From contig CAVUXE010000048.1 in the NCBI GenBank assembly GCA_963745235.1, positions 32,001 through 96,000 on the forward strand: 64,000 nucleotides of DNA. The letters run 5' to 3'. The notes below the pieces were generated by a model. The model was not told the origin of the DNA, made no database searches, and saw only the letters and a program-made list of their open reading frames with translations. Numbering within the stretch: the first letter of the stretch is position 1; each line of letters opens with the position of its first letter. This stretch comes from an uncultured Spirochaetota bacterium (lineage in GTDB: Bacteria; Spirochaetota; Spirochaetia; SZUA-6; Fen-1364). The position numbers and the translations under genes are program-made. Shown here piece after piece: positions 20,647 through 30,535 of this stretch.

Positions 20647-20820
20647 ATGGGCGGGATTTTTCTTTCGGACAGCGAGGAGAACGAGCTGTACGTGATGCTC
20701 AAGCCGCGTGAATCCGACCTTCCAGAGCCGCTCAAGGTGCTCCTCCGCCGGGTGGAGAAATCCCTCTACCAGCGCATGACAATTGAAGACATCGAGGGGC
20801 TTTCCGCGCGCTTTTCCTGA
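20647..20820 (+). CDS. Small conserved hypothetical protein
   Basis: MGGIFLSDSEENELYVMLKPRE..LLRRVEKSLYQRMTIEDIE. Confidence 0.7.
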   Translation: MGGIFLSDSEENELYVMLKPRESDLPEPLKVLLRRVEKSLYQRMTIEDIEGLSARFS

Positions 20821-20829
20821 GCGAAATCG

Positions 20830-20858
20830 TTGATTTCGCGCCGTGCGAGCGATATTTT
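20830..20858 (+). promoter_or_regulatory. Putative sigma70 promoter for mltG-dnaG-rpoD
   Basis: TTGATT-N17-TATTTT. Confidence 0.45.
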
Positions 20859-20889
20859 CAGGTAGGGCCGGGGAAGGCCTGGTGGATCC

Positions 20890-21906
20890 ATGAGCAGACG
20901 CGCAATCCTTCTTCGGATATCGACCGTTGCCCTGGGAGTGGTTCTCTGCGCGGCGGCAACCCTGGCCTTTCTGAACTCGAGCCCGAGGCCTGCAGGTGAC
21001 AGGCTGTTCTCCATCCGGCCCGGCGAGAGTCTCTCTCGAATCAGCGAACGGCTCCAGGATGAAGGCTTCATCCGATTCGCGCCCTTTCTCGACGTGGTCG
21101 GCAGGATTCGCGGGACACAGGGAGACTTCAAGGCCGGATACTACCGTATCCCCGCGGGCGCCTCGACTCTGTCCATTCACTGGCTTCTTGTGGAGGGAGC
21201 CCAGACCCTGGAGAAACTCACCATTCCCGAGGGGTGGACATCCACCAAGATCGCGCGTCACCTGGAAGCGGAGGGCGTCTGCTCGGAGGCGGATTTTCTG
21301 GAGGCCGTGAAATCTCCCGCGCTGATTTCGAAGTTCGGCGTGCCCGGGAGGAGCCTGGAGGGGTACCTGTTTCCTGACACCTACTATGTCCCCCGGCCTT
21401 TCCCCGCGGATGCCATGGTGGAGCTGATGGTGAAGACATTCTTCGACAGCGTCAGCGGGATATACCCCGGATGGAGGGAGATGCGCCAGGACAAGCTCCG
21501 AGATACGCTGATCCTGGCCTCCATCGTGGAGCGGGAGTACCGCATGCCGGATGAGGCTCCCCTCATCGCTTCCGTCTTCTACAACAGGTTGAAGCTGAAC
21601 ATGGGGCTTGAATCGTGCGCCACTCTTGAATATATTATCACGGAGATCCAGCAAAAGGCACACCCGGAGTACATCACGACGGAAGATGAGAAGCTCAACT
21701 CACCGTACAACACGTATAAGTGGGCGGGTCTGCCGCCTGGTCCGATCTCGAATCCTGGAAGGACAGCGCTGGAGGCCGCTTTCCGTCCTGCGCAGACAGA
21801 TTACCTGTATTTCGTGCTCCGAGACGCGGACGCTGGCCGGCATTACTTCTCTCGCGATCTGAGCGAGCACAACCAGGCGAAGTACCTCTATTTGAAGAAA
21901 TCGTAG
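20890..21906 (+). CDS. mltG: Endolytic transglycosylase MltG
   Basis: TIPEGW, LEGYLFPDTY, ILASIVERE, SVFYNRL, SPYNTY..GLPPGPISNPG, YLYFV. Confidence 0.95.
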   Translation: MSRRAILLRISTVALGVVLCAAATLAFLNSSPRPAGDRLFSIRPGESLSRISERLQDEGFIRFAPFLDVVGRIRGTQGDFKAGYYRIPAGASTLSIHWLLVEGAQTLEKLTIPEGWTSTKIARHLEAEGVCSEADFLEAVKSPALISKFGVPGRSLEGYLFPDTYYVPRPFPADAMVELMVKTFFDSVSGIYPGWREMRQDKLRDTLILASIVEREYRMPDEAPLIASVFYNRLKLNMGLESCATLEYIITEIQQKAHPEYITTEDEKLNSPYNTYKWAGLPPGPISNPGRTALEAAFRPAQTDYLYFVLRDADAGRHYFSRDLSEHNQAKYLYLKKS

Positions 21907-21910
21907 GGGT

Positions 21911-23692
21911 ATGCGGATACCGGAAAGCACGCTCTCCGAGATTCAGAACCGCCTCGACATTGCGGAGGTCATCGGGGAGTACGTGACCCTGCAGCGCAAG
22001 GGCGGGAGATACTGGGGCCTCTGTCCCTTTCACCAGGAGAAGTCGCCTTCCTTCACCGTGACCCCGGAGAAGGGAGTCTACTATTGTTTCGGATGCCACA
22101 AGGGGGGCGGGCTTTTCCAGTTCGTGATGGACGTGGAAAAGATCGAGTGGCGCGATGCCGTTGAGCTCCTGGCAAAGAAAGCGGGAGTGGAAATCCCCCA
22201 GGGAGACGCGGGAGGGGAAGGGGCCAAAAGGGAAGCGCTTCTGGAGCTCAATAAGAGGGTCGCCGGAAGCTTCCACTGGCTGCTCCGCGAAGGGGCGCAG
22301 GCGGAGGCCGCCCGGACGTACCTGGAATCCCGGGGCGTGAGCAAGGAGATAGTTGACAGTTTCCAGCTGGGCTACGCTCCCCCGGAAAGGGAGTGGCTGC
22401 ACAGGTTCCTGAAACAGAAGAGCTACTCCGATGAGTTCCTGGCGCAGACGGGGTTGTTCACGCAGGCTTCGCGGGGCGGCATGGGGACGTTGTTCACAAA
22501 CCGCGTCATGTTTCCCATCGCCAACGCTCGGGGGGAAACGCTGGCATTTGGCGGAAGGGCGCTGGGAGACGTCCAACCGAAGTATCTGAACTCCCCTGAG
22601 ACGGCGTTTTTCCGCAAGGGTGAGAACCTTTTTGCGATCGACAAGGCGGCGGCTGCCATTCGCAGCGCAGGCGCGTTTGTCCTGGTGGAGGGCTACATGG
22701 ATGTCCTGGCGATGCACCAGGCAGGCATCGCCAATTGCGTGGCCCCGCTGGGAACGGCGCTCACGGAGCCCCAGGTGCGGCTCCTGAAGCGCTACGCGCA
22801 GAAGGGAATCCTGGTGTTTGACGGAGACGATGCCGGGCAGAAAGCCAGCATGCGGGCCATCGAGATGCTGGAGCGCCAGGACTTGATTGCGCAGGTCGTT
22901 GTTCTTCCGGACGGCCAGGACCCGGCGGACTTCGTGCAGAAGGGGGAGGCCGCGAAGCTTCGGGAGCTGTTGGAAAGGCCCCTGGACAGCTTCCGCTACT
23001 TGACGGCAAGGGCTCTCGCCGCGCGTGACCTCGCCAGCCCGGAAGGCAGGGAAGGGTTCCGCGATTTCCTGTTTCCGTACGTGGCGGCCGTTGGCTCCCA
23101 GTTGAGGGCGGACGGCTACCTGACGCAGATTGCGGAGGCTCTTGGCGCGGAGCCCGGAGCCATTCGCCGGGATTTTTCGGCCTGGAGGTCCCGGGAGAAA
23201 GACCGCGGAAGGGGCAAAGCGGTGAGCACAGCGGAAGGTCCCGCGGCTGTTTCCGCGGACTTGTTTCTTTTTCTCGCCGTTGCCGCGAATCCGGAGCTCT
23301 TCCCACTTGTCCGCAACGGCGGGATTTCGATTTCTGATCTCGATGATGAGCGCGCCAGGCAGCTTTTCATCGCGTTGGAGGAATGCTTTCGGGCGGAGGA
23401 AACCGGGCTTGACGCGTTGTGCGCACGGATCGACTCGCCTGCGCTGCGGGATCTTGTGATTCGCAAGGTCGCGAGCGGAGAGTTCGACATGAACCAGGAA
23501 AGACTGGTCAGGGACGGAGTGCGGCGCGTACGCCAGAGGGAGCTCGCAAAGCGCATCGACCTGTTGGGGGCGGAAATGCGAAGGATCGATCGAGAAAGCC
23601 CGGATGCCGCGCGCATGCGTGAGCTTCTCGCGGAAAAGATGCATCTGGACGACGAGCTTGCGAAACTGAACACGGGGGCTGCAAGGGCTTGA
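21911..23692 (+). CDS. dnaG: DNA primase
   Basis: [15 protein letters not shown] zinc finger; PKYLNSPET; VEGYMDV; FDGDDAG TOPRIM motifs. Confidence 0.97.
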   Translation: MRIPESTLSEIQNRLDIAEVIGEYVTLQRKGGRYWGLCPFHQEKSPSFTVTPEKGVYYCFGCHKGGGLFQFVMDVEKIEWRDAVELLAKKAGVEIPQGDAGGEGAKREALLELNKRVAGSFHWLLREGAQAEAARTYLESRGVSKEIVDSFQLGYAPPEREWLHRFLKQKSYSDEFLAQTGLFTQASRGGMGTLFTNRVMFPIANARGETLAFGGRALGDVQPKYLNSPETAFFRKGENLFAIDKAAAAIRSAGAFVLVEGYMDVLAMHQAGIANCVAPLGTALTEPQVRLLKRYAQKGILVFDGDDAGQKASMRAIEMLERQDLIAQVVVLPDGQDPADFVQKGEAAKLRELLERPLDSFRYLTARALAARDLASPEGREGFRDFLFPYVAAVGSQLRADGYLTQIAEALGAEPGAIRRDFSAWRSREKDRGRGKAVSTAEGPAAVSADLFLFLAVAANPELFPLVRNGGISISDLDDERARQLFIALEECFRAEETGLDALCARIDSPALRDLVIRKVASGEFDMNQERLVRDGVRRVRQRELAKRIDLLGAEMRRIDRESPDAARMRELLAEKMHLDDELAKLNTGAARA

Positions 23693-25635
23693 AAACGAAA
23701 ACGACGACAAAGGCCAAACAAGCGCCGCACGCGGCGTCACGGGAAACGCAGAAGGCGGCGCGGGAAGCGCCGCACGCTGCGTCACGGGATGCGAAGCATG
23801 CCGCGTCACGGGAAGCGCCCCACGGGGCGTCAAGGGAATCGGCTCACAAGAGGGAAAAGGCCGTGGGGAGGGCTGCCTCCAAGATCACTCGCGGCGCCGC
23901 CCCGTCTTCGGGAAGCGTCGAGCTCGCCGACGACCCGGCTATCAAGAAGCTCCTCGAGTATGCGAAGGGGAAGAAGAGCGTCAGTTATGACGAGGTGAAC
24001 GATTTCCTTCCTGACTCGATTGTGCACTCGGACCGAATCGAAGAGGTCATCGGTCTGCTGGAAAAGCACAACATCAAGCTGGAAGACGAGGAGATCAACC
24101 TCGACATCGAAGAGGAAAAGCCCGGGAAGGACCGCAAGAAGCTCATTTACAGCGACAAGGAATCCTCGGTGGATGATCCCATCCGCCTCTACCTGCGAGA
24201 GATCGGCAAGGAGAATCTGCTCACCGCAGAGCAGGAGGTCGAGCTCTCCAAGCGGATGGAAGAGGGAGAGAACGTCGTCAAGGGAGTCATCAAGAACTCC
24301 GGCGTGCTGGTGCGGGAGTTCCTCCGCCTCGGTCTACGCGCTACCTCCGTCAAGGATCCCCGGGAGATGAACCTCTCCAAGAAGGAGGCCACCGAGTACC
24401 TGGCGGAGACCCGCAAGCTCGGCGCTTTCTATCGGGAGCCCTTCAAGGATCACCTGCCGGGCGTGAAGCGCTACATGGAGATGAAGCGCCAGACCGAGTC
24501 CGAAGGCGGGGACATCTTCGACGACGCGTTCCTGGAGATCCGCAAGGACGTTGCGGACTCCCTCAAGAAGGTCGAGCTGCGCCCGGAGGACATCGCGGCC
24601 ATTGCGGACCGGCTCATTGCCGTGGCCCGGCGGATCCGTTCTCTTCAGAAAGAGATGACACGGGTCGAGAGGCGGCTTCATATTGCCTCTGCAAAAGACA
24701 TGAAGTCCATCGTGCGCAGGCTCCCTGTCAACGCGGAAAGGGAGAAGCTGGAGAAAGCCGTCGGGATGGGGCTGGAAAGGGTGCGGGAGCTGCTCCGCCT
24801 TCATCAGGGCAACGAGAAGAAGCTCCAGCGCTACGAGACGGTGTTCGAGAACAAGGCTGAGGACATCCTGGCCATGGCGGACGAGATAGACCGCGGCCGT
24901 ATCCTCATGAAGGAAGCCAAGGACCGACTGATCAAGGCAAACCTCCGCCTGGTCGTGAGCATCGCCAAGAAGTACACAAACCGCGGCCTTCATTTTTTCG
25001 ATCTGGTCCAAGAAGGGAACATCGGTCTGATCAAGGCGGTGGAGAAGTTCGAATATCGAAAGGGCTACAAGTTCTCCACCTATGCGACGTGGTGGATCCG
25101 TCAGGCCATCACGCGCTCCATCTCGGACCAGGCCCGCACCATCCGGGTCCCCGTCCACATGATCGAGCAGATCAACAAGGTGATGCGCGAATCGCGCCAG
25201 CTGATGCAGGTGCTGGGCAGAGAGCCCACGGATGACGAGGTGGCGGAAAAGCTCGGTTGGGCCACCGGCAGGGTGAAGGCCGTGAAGAGCGTGGCGCGCG
25301 AGCCCATCTCCCTGGAGACCCCTATTGGAGAGGAAGAGGACAGCCTGCTCGGGGATTTCATCGAGGACAAGGAAGTTGAGAGCCCCTCCAACATGACGGC
25401 GTTCCGGCTGCTCCAGGAGCAGCTGGAGTCCGTCCTGACCACGCTTCCGCCGCGGGAACAGGAAGTGCTCAAGATGCGCTTCGGCCTGGAAGACGGGTAC
25501 TCCTTGACGCTGGAGGAGGTGGGCCTCTACTTTAACGTCACGCGAGAGCGGATCCGTCAGATCGAGGCCAAGGCGCTTCGGCGGCTGCGCCACCCCACGC
25601 GGAGCCGGCGCCTGAAGGATTATCTGGAACACTAG
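23689..25635 (+). CDS. rpoD: RNA polymerase primary sigma factor
   Basis: [67 protein letters not shown]. Confidence 0.97.
   Translation: MKTKTTTKAKQAPHAASRETQKAAREAPHAASRDAKHAASREAPHGASRESAHKREKAVGRAASKITRGAAPSSGSVELADDPAIKKLLEYAKGKKSVSYDEVNDFLPDSIVHSDRIEEVIGLLEKHNIKLEDEEINLDIEEEKPGKDRKKLIYSDKESSVDDPIRLYLREIGKENLLTAEQEVELSKRMEEGENVVKGVIKNSGVLVREFLRLGLRATSVKDPREMNLSKKEATEYLAETRKLGAFYREPFKDHLPGVKRYMEMKRQTESEGGDIFDDAFLEIRKDVADSLKKVELRPEDIAAIADRLIAVARRIRSLQKEMTRVERRLHIASAKDMKSIVRRLPVNAEREKLEKAVGMGLERVRELLRLHQGNEKKLQRYETVFENKAEDILAMADEIDRGRILMKEAKDRLIKANLRLVVSIAKKYTNRGLHFFDLVQEGNIGLIKAVEKFEYRKGYKFSTYATWWIRQAITRSISDQARTIRVPVHMIEQINKVMRESRQLMQVLGREPTDDEVAEKLGWATGRVKAVKSVAREPISLETPIGEEEDSLLGDFIEDKEVESPSNMTAFRLLQEQLESVLTTLPPREQEVLKMRFGLEDGYSLTLEEVGLYFNVTRERIRQIEAKALRRLRHPTRSRRLKDYLEH
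23722..23856 (+). repeat. Degenerate 24-nt tandem repeat in rpoD 5' end (APHAASRE-like, ~6 units)
   Basis: GCGCCGCACGCGGCGTCACGGGAA-like units at 23722, 23767, 23791 and 23815, plus two shorter units. Confidence 0.85.
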
Positions 25636-25655
25636 GGCAAGGAAAAGGAAAAAAC

Positions 25656-26477
25656 ATGGCACGGACAGTGTATGACAAGCTGAGAGCGCTCCAGGACGTC
25701 CTCTCCAAGAAGTTCGACGTGGAGAAGGAGATCCAGGAGATACCCAAGTCCCTCGCGACGAAGACGGAGCTTCTCAACCGCCTGAAGAAGTCCTTCATGG
25801 ACAAGAGCGCCACCTACGAGGCCGCGCAGGCGCGCGTGGTGGACCTGGGCCAGAAGCTCACCGAGGCGGAGCAGGGCCGCGAGGGCTTTGAAGGCCAGAT
25901 GGACGTCATCAAGACGCAGCGCGAGTACGAGGCGCTGGACAAGGAGATCAAGGACGCCACGGAAAAGGAGCAGCAGCTGCGCAAAGAGCTGCAGCGCGAG
26001 CAGACCTCCCTGGAGGAGCTCAAGGGCGCCATCGAAAAAGAAGAGATGATGATCCGCAAGCAGGAAGAGGACGTCAAGGAAGAGCAGTCCAAGATCAAGC
26101 TGAAGATCAAGGAAAAAAACGGAGAGCTGAAGAAGCTGCAGGGGGAGGAGAAGAAGATCACCCCGGGCCTCGATGAGGACATCCTTTTCAAGTTCGAGAG
26201 GATCATCAAGAGCAAGTCGGGCCTCGGTATCGTGTCCCTCACCAAGGGCGTCTGCACGGGATGCTACATGATTCTCCCTCCCCAGTTCGTCAACACGGTC
26301 AGGCTCGGAGAGCGCGTGGAGTTCTGCCCGTACTGCAGCCGCATCCTCTTCTACCAGGAGGACGAGGAGGGGGAGAGCCTCGAATCCGCCGTCGTCGACG
26401 AGGAGGTCGAGGACGAGGAGGAGGAAGAGGAGGAGCAGGAGGAAGAGGCGCCGGAAGAAGAGGAAGAGGAGATATAA
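25656..26477 (+). CDS. C4-type zinc ribbon coiled-coil protein (DUF164/CT398-like) with acidic tail
   Basis: Long coiled coil, CTGC..LPPQ..CPYCSRIL, poly-Glu C-terminus. Confidence 0.9.
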   Translation: MARTVYDKLRALQDVLSKKFDVEKEIQEIPKSLATKTELLNRLKKSFMDKSATYEAAQARVVDLGQKLTEAEQGREGFEGQMDVIKTQREYEALDKEIKDATEKEQQLRKELQREQTSLEELKGAIEKEEMMIRKQEEDVKEEQSKIKLKIKEKNGELKKLQGEEKKITPGLDEDILFKFERIIKSKSGLGIVSLTKGVCTGCYMILPPQFVNTVRLGERVEFCPYCSRILFYQEDEEGESLESAVVDEEVEDEEEEEEEQEEEAPEEEEEEI

Positions 26478-26565
26478 GGCGATCGGCGCTCCCGTTGATT
26501 CGCTGCGCGAATCAACTGCCGCGCCGATCGGCCTCCCCCACCATCGGCTCTGCCGATGATAGGGG

Positions 26566-26974
26566 AGGGCAGATCAGGTCACCGCTCGAGCAAGTCCAAA
26601 GGACTTGCGAGAGAGGAAAGTCCGGGCTCCAGAGAGCAGAACGCCGGCTAATCCCCGGGTCCTGGAACCGCAAGGCCATCCAGGAACAGAAAGTGCCACA
26701 GAGAACAGACTGCCTGCAGCAAACCCGCAAGGGTTTGCGAAAGGTGAGGGTGAAAAGGCGGGGTAAGAGCCCACCGCCCGTCCGGCAACGGACGGGGCAC
26801 GGAAAACCTCGTTCGGAGCAAAGCCAAGCAGCAGGGGGCTGCTCGTCCAATTGCAGCTCGCGGCCAGGCCGCGCGGCTGCAAGAACCTGCGGGTCGGCTG
26901 CACGAGGGCACGGGAGACCGCGGCCCCAAGAGAGATGGTGACCCTCGACAGAACCCGGCTTATCGATCTGCCCT
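26566..26974 (+). ncRNA. rnpB: RNase P RNA (type A)
   Basis: GAGGAAAGTCCGGGCTCC, AAAGTGCCACAGAGAA, GGGTGAAAAGGCGGGGTAAGAGCCCACCG, GACAGAACCCGGCTTA; P1 helix AGGGCAGATC/GATCTGCCCT. Confidence 0.96.
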
Positions 26975-27014
26975 TTTTCTGATATTCATTGAGGGTGTCC
27001 GGCGTGAAAGACTC

Positions 27015-27965
27015 ATGATCCTGAACTATGATCACTACCGAACCGGCCAGCGCAAGCACGGCCGCCGGAGAGCCCTCATTACTCTGGGCGCGGCCGCCCT
27101 GCTTGTCCTGGTCGTGCTGGCCCTCGTGCTGAAGCTTCCGTCCCGGCTCTTTGATCCCGGGGTAGCTCGACAGGCACCGGGGAAGCTTCCAGACCTGTGG
27201 AAGTCAGAGAACTATGAAGGGGTCATTGCGGCCGCTGATTCCGTGCTCAGGGGAGATCCCCTGAATGCAACGGCGCTTTCCTATCGCGGGTTCGCCTATT
27301 TCTATCGCGCCGCTGCGGAAAACGCCCTGGAAGAGAAGCTGCCCTACCTCGATGAATCCATCGTTTCACTGAGGCGCGCGCTGCTGGTGGGCACGCCCTT
27401 CAACGGGGAGGCGGACTACGTCCTGGGCAAGGCTTACTTCTACAAAGGGAAGTACTACTACGACGAGTCGATCTCCTTCATGGAAAGCTCCCTGGCAAAG
27501 GGGTACGTCCAGAAGGACTCCAACGAGTACATCGGCCTCGCCTACACCCAGCTCGGTGACTACGAAAAGGGAATGGAGTACTTTCTTACCGCTCTCAAGG
27601 ATGACTCCGGCGACCTTCTGCTCTTGACAATCGGGCAAACTTACTACCAGATGAAACGGACCGGAGACGCGATCGACTATCTCCTGCGCACTCTCAACAA
27701 GACTGACGACAAGGCGATAGAGAAGCGGGCGCGGTTCCTCCTGGGCGAGATTTATCTCGACAGGAACGAGCTTTTCAAGGCTGAGGAGCAGTACACGGAA
27801 ATCGTGAAGGTGGATCCCCAGTCAGCGGACGCCCATTTCTTCCTTGGAGAGGTGTACGCGAAGATGAACGACCCCGTAAAGGCCAGGGCGGAATGGCGCA
27901 ACGCGTTGATCATAGATCCTTCTCACTATGGAGCGAAGCTCCGCTACTATTCCTCACGGAAGTAG
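27015..27965 (+). CDS. Membrane-anchored TPR protein
   Basis: N-terminal TM; TPR patterns YVLGKAYF, FLLGEIY, AHFFLGEVY. Confidence 0.88.
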   Translation: MILNYDHYRTGQRKHGRRRALITLGAAALLVLVVLALVLKLPSRLFDPGVARQAPGKLPDLWKSENYEGVIAAADSVLRGDPLNATALSYRGFAYFYRAAAENALEEKLPYLDESIVSLRRALLVGTPFNGEADYVLGKAYFYKGKYYYDESISFMESSLAKGYVQKDSNEYIGLAYTQLGDYEKGMEYFLTALKDDSGDLLLLTIGQTYYQMKRTGDAIDYLLRTLNKTDDKAIEKRARFLLGEIYLDRNELFKAEEQYTEIVKVDPQSADAHFFLGEVYAKMNDPVKARAEWRNALIIDPSHYGAKLRYYSSRK

Positions 27966-28071
27966 TCTCGTGCCCGCCGCGGCCCGCGCCGCTGCAGCAT
28001 GAATGTCACGGCAGCGGCGGCGCGGCAGACCCCGCGGACGCCCACCGTGGCCGCAAAGGGAGGTTTTCCTG

Positions 28072-29109
28072 ATGGCCTGGGACAGGATGTTTGAAGCTTT
28101 TTCCACCGATCTCGGCATAGATCTCGGCACGTGCAGCACGCTTGTTCACGCCCGCGGCAAGGGGATAGTCCTGTGCGAACCGTCAGTGGTTGCCATGGAG
28201 CGCGGCACCAAGAAGGTGATGGCGGTGGGCACGGAAGCCAAGAAAATGCTCTGGAAAACCCCCGGCGACATCGTCGCCCTGCGGCCAATCCGAGACGGCG
28301 TCATTGCGGACTTCGAGGCGACGGAGAAGATGATCAGGTACTTCATTGAGAAGGTCATCTCCCGCCGATGGTTCGTCAAGCCGCGGATGGTGATCGGGGT
28401 TCCCACCTGCATCACCGAGGTGGAGAAACGCGCGGTTCGCGACTCCGCCGAACAGGCAGGGGCCCGCGAGGTCTACCTCATCCAGGAATCCATGGCGGCC
28501 GCCATCGGCGCCAACATCCCCATCCTGGAGCCCGCCGGACACATGATCTGCGACATCGGGGGCGGCACCACCGAGATCTCCGTCATCTCCCTCGGCGGCA
28601 TGGTGGTCACCAACGCCATCCGCGTGGGAGGGGACGAGTTTGATGAGGCAATCATCAAGCACGTGCGGAACGTGCACAACCTCATCGTCGGTGAATCCAC
28701 GGCAGAGAACGTGAAGATAACAATCGGGAACGCCTCTCCCGACAAGAAGATCGACAAGATGGAGATCAAGGGCACGGACGCCATTACGGGCCTTCCTCGG
28801 AAGCTGGAGATGGATTCCGTGGAAGTGCGCGAAGCGCTGCAGGAGCCCATCAACACGGTGATTGAAGAGATCAAGAAAACCCTCGGCCAGACGCCCCCCG
28901 AGCTGGCCGCGGATATCGTGGAGCGCGGCATCGTCATGACGGGAGGCGGCTCGCTCCTCAAGGGGTTCCCGAAGCTCATTTCCAAGGAAACGGGGGTCCC
29001 GGTGATCCTCGCCGAGAACCCGCTTTTGTGCGTGGCCCTCGGCGCCGGGAAGTTCCTCGAGAGCCTCGTGCGGGAGAAGAACTCCAAGTACTTCAACGTG
29101 AAGACCTGA
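28072..29109 (+). CDS. mreB: Rod shape-determining protein MreB
   Basis: [31 protein letters not shown]. Confidence 0.97.
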   Translation: MAWDRMFEAFSTDLGIDLGTCSTLVHARGKGIVLCEPSVVAMERGTKKVMAVGTEAKKMLWKTPGDIVALRPIRDGVIADFEATEKMIRYFIEKVISRRWFVKPRMVIGVPTCITEVEKRAVRDSAEQAGAREVYLIQESMAAAIGANIPILEPAGHMICDIGGGTTEISVISLGGMVVTNAIRVGGDEFDEAIIKHVRNVHNLIVGESTAENVKITIGNASPDKKIDKMEIKGTDAITGLPRKLEMDSVEVREALQEPINTVIEEIKKTLGQTPPELAADIVERGIVMTGGGSLLKGFPKLISKETGVPVILAENPLLCVALGAGKFLESLVREKNSKYFNVKT

Positions 29110-29113
29110 TCCC

Positions 29114-30023
29114 ATGCCCGGTCTGTTCGAAGGCTTCGTAGCGAGGCACAGGAAGGGCGTCACGCTGGCCGTCCTGGTCATCGTGTCCCTGACCTTCCTG
29201 CTCGTGTCCAACCGGTCAATCGTGATCAAGCCCAAAGAGGTCGGGCTGTCCTTTGTCGGGTTCTTTCAGAAGGGGTTCACAGGATTCTTTCGCTGGTTCG
29301 GCGACACGGCGGGCTCCATCCGGCAGCTCAACGCCGCACGGGACGAGCTCGATGCGGCGCGGGCAAAGCTCCAGGACATGGACAGGGTGACCCGGGAGAT
29401 CGTGGAGCTCCGCCGCCAGAATGCCATGCTGAGAGGGCAGCTGGACCTTTCGCAGTCTCTCCCTCCGGACCGCATCGCGGCGGAAGTCATTGCGCGTGAC
29501 ACGGACAACCTCTTTTCGACCATCACCATCAACAAGGGCGCGCGGCAGGGAGTTCGCCCCGGGCATGCCGGTGGTGGCGTACCAGGGAGACATGGAGGGG
29601 CTGGTCGGAAAGGTGCTCTCCGCGGGCCCCGGCGCTTCCCAGATCCTCCCCCTGTACGATCCTCAGTGCCTTGTTTCGGCCCGGCTGGACGCCTCGCGTG
29701 ACGAAGGGCTTGTGAAAGGGGAGGGCAAGGACCACGGGACTCTCCTCCTCCAGTACGTGAAGAAGACCGCCAAGGACGCCATCCAGTACGGAGACCTCGT
29801 GGTCACCTCCGGGCTCGGCGGGCTCTATCCGAAGGGGATCAACCTGGGCCGGGTCCGCGACATCCGCGCCCTGGCATATGAGACGTCGCTGGAGATCGAG
29901 GTGGAGCCCATCATCAATTTCGACAGGCTCGAATACGTATTCCTCATCGATGCGGAAAGCAGCGGCGGGCCGCCCGGAGCACAGGCAGGGCCTTCCGGAT
30001 CCACGGGGGCGCCGGGGCAATGA
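29114..30023 (+). CDS. mreC: Rod shape-determining protein MreC (frameshift ~29558)
   Basis: TM plus coiled coil, AEVIARD..TITINKG, GMPVV..GLVGKV, GDLVVTSGLGGLYPKGI. Confidence 0.93.
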
Positions 30024-30535
30024 ACAGGGACGGACGAATCACACTCTTCACCATCTTCGCCCTTGCCCTGTGCGTACTCCTGCAGTCGACGCTCCTCAAC
30101 CGGATAGCGATCAAGGGAGTCCGCCCTGACCTTGCCCTCATTGTGCTGATCTTCGTCTCCATGCGCAGGGGCTCCATGGTCGGACAGGTCTCGGGATTCG
30201 CCGCCGGGATCTTCGAGGACCTCATGAACGTCTCACCGCTCGGCTTCCACTCCCTCATGCGGACGCTCATCGGCTACCTCTATGGCATTTTCGCCGGCAA
30301 CGTGTTCATTGATCCGTTTCTCATGCCCATGGTTCTCACGGTAATCGCCACTATCCTGAAAGGCCTGCTTGCGGGGATCATTTCGGCGATTTTCGGAATT
30401 GCGTCGTCGGGTTTCATCACATTCACCGGAAGGCTCTGGATCGAGGTCGCCTACAACGGTGTGCTTGCGCCGTTCCTTTTCGCGCTCCTGGGACTCTTTC
30501 GGATCTTCAAGCAGGCGGACAAGGAAGGGGCCTGA
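30020..30535 (+). CDS. mreD: Rod shape-determining protein MreD
   Basis: LQST..I.GVRPDLALI..G...GF.AG..ED; hydrophobic; position in mre operon. Confidence 0.92.
   Translation: MNRDGRITLFTIFALALCVLLQSTLLNRIAIKGVRPDLALIVLIFVSMRRGSMVGQVSGFAAGIFEDLMNVSPLGFHSLMRTLIGYLYGIFAGNVFIDPFLMPMVLTVIATILKGLLAGIISAIFGIASSGFITFTGRLWIEVAYNGVLAPFLFALLGLFRIFKQADKEGA

Noticed and set aside
21695-25662. Long antisense ORFs (21695-23833, 24334-25662; likewise 1760-3259 and 43755-45185)
   Set aside because: Shadow frames of well-supported genes, expected with high GC3 codon bias; no motifs.
26395-26475. GAG/GAA-rich run
   Set aside because: Simply encodes the poly-Glu tail of the zinc-ribbon protein.
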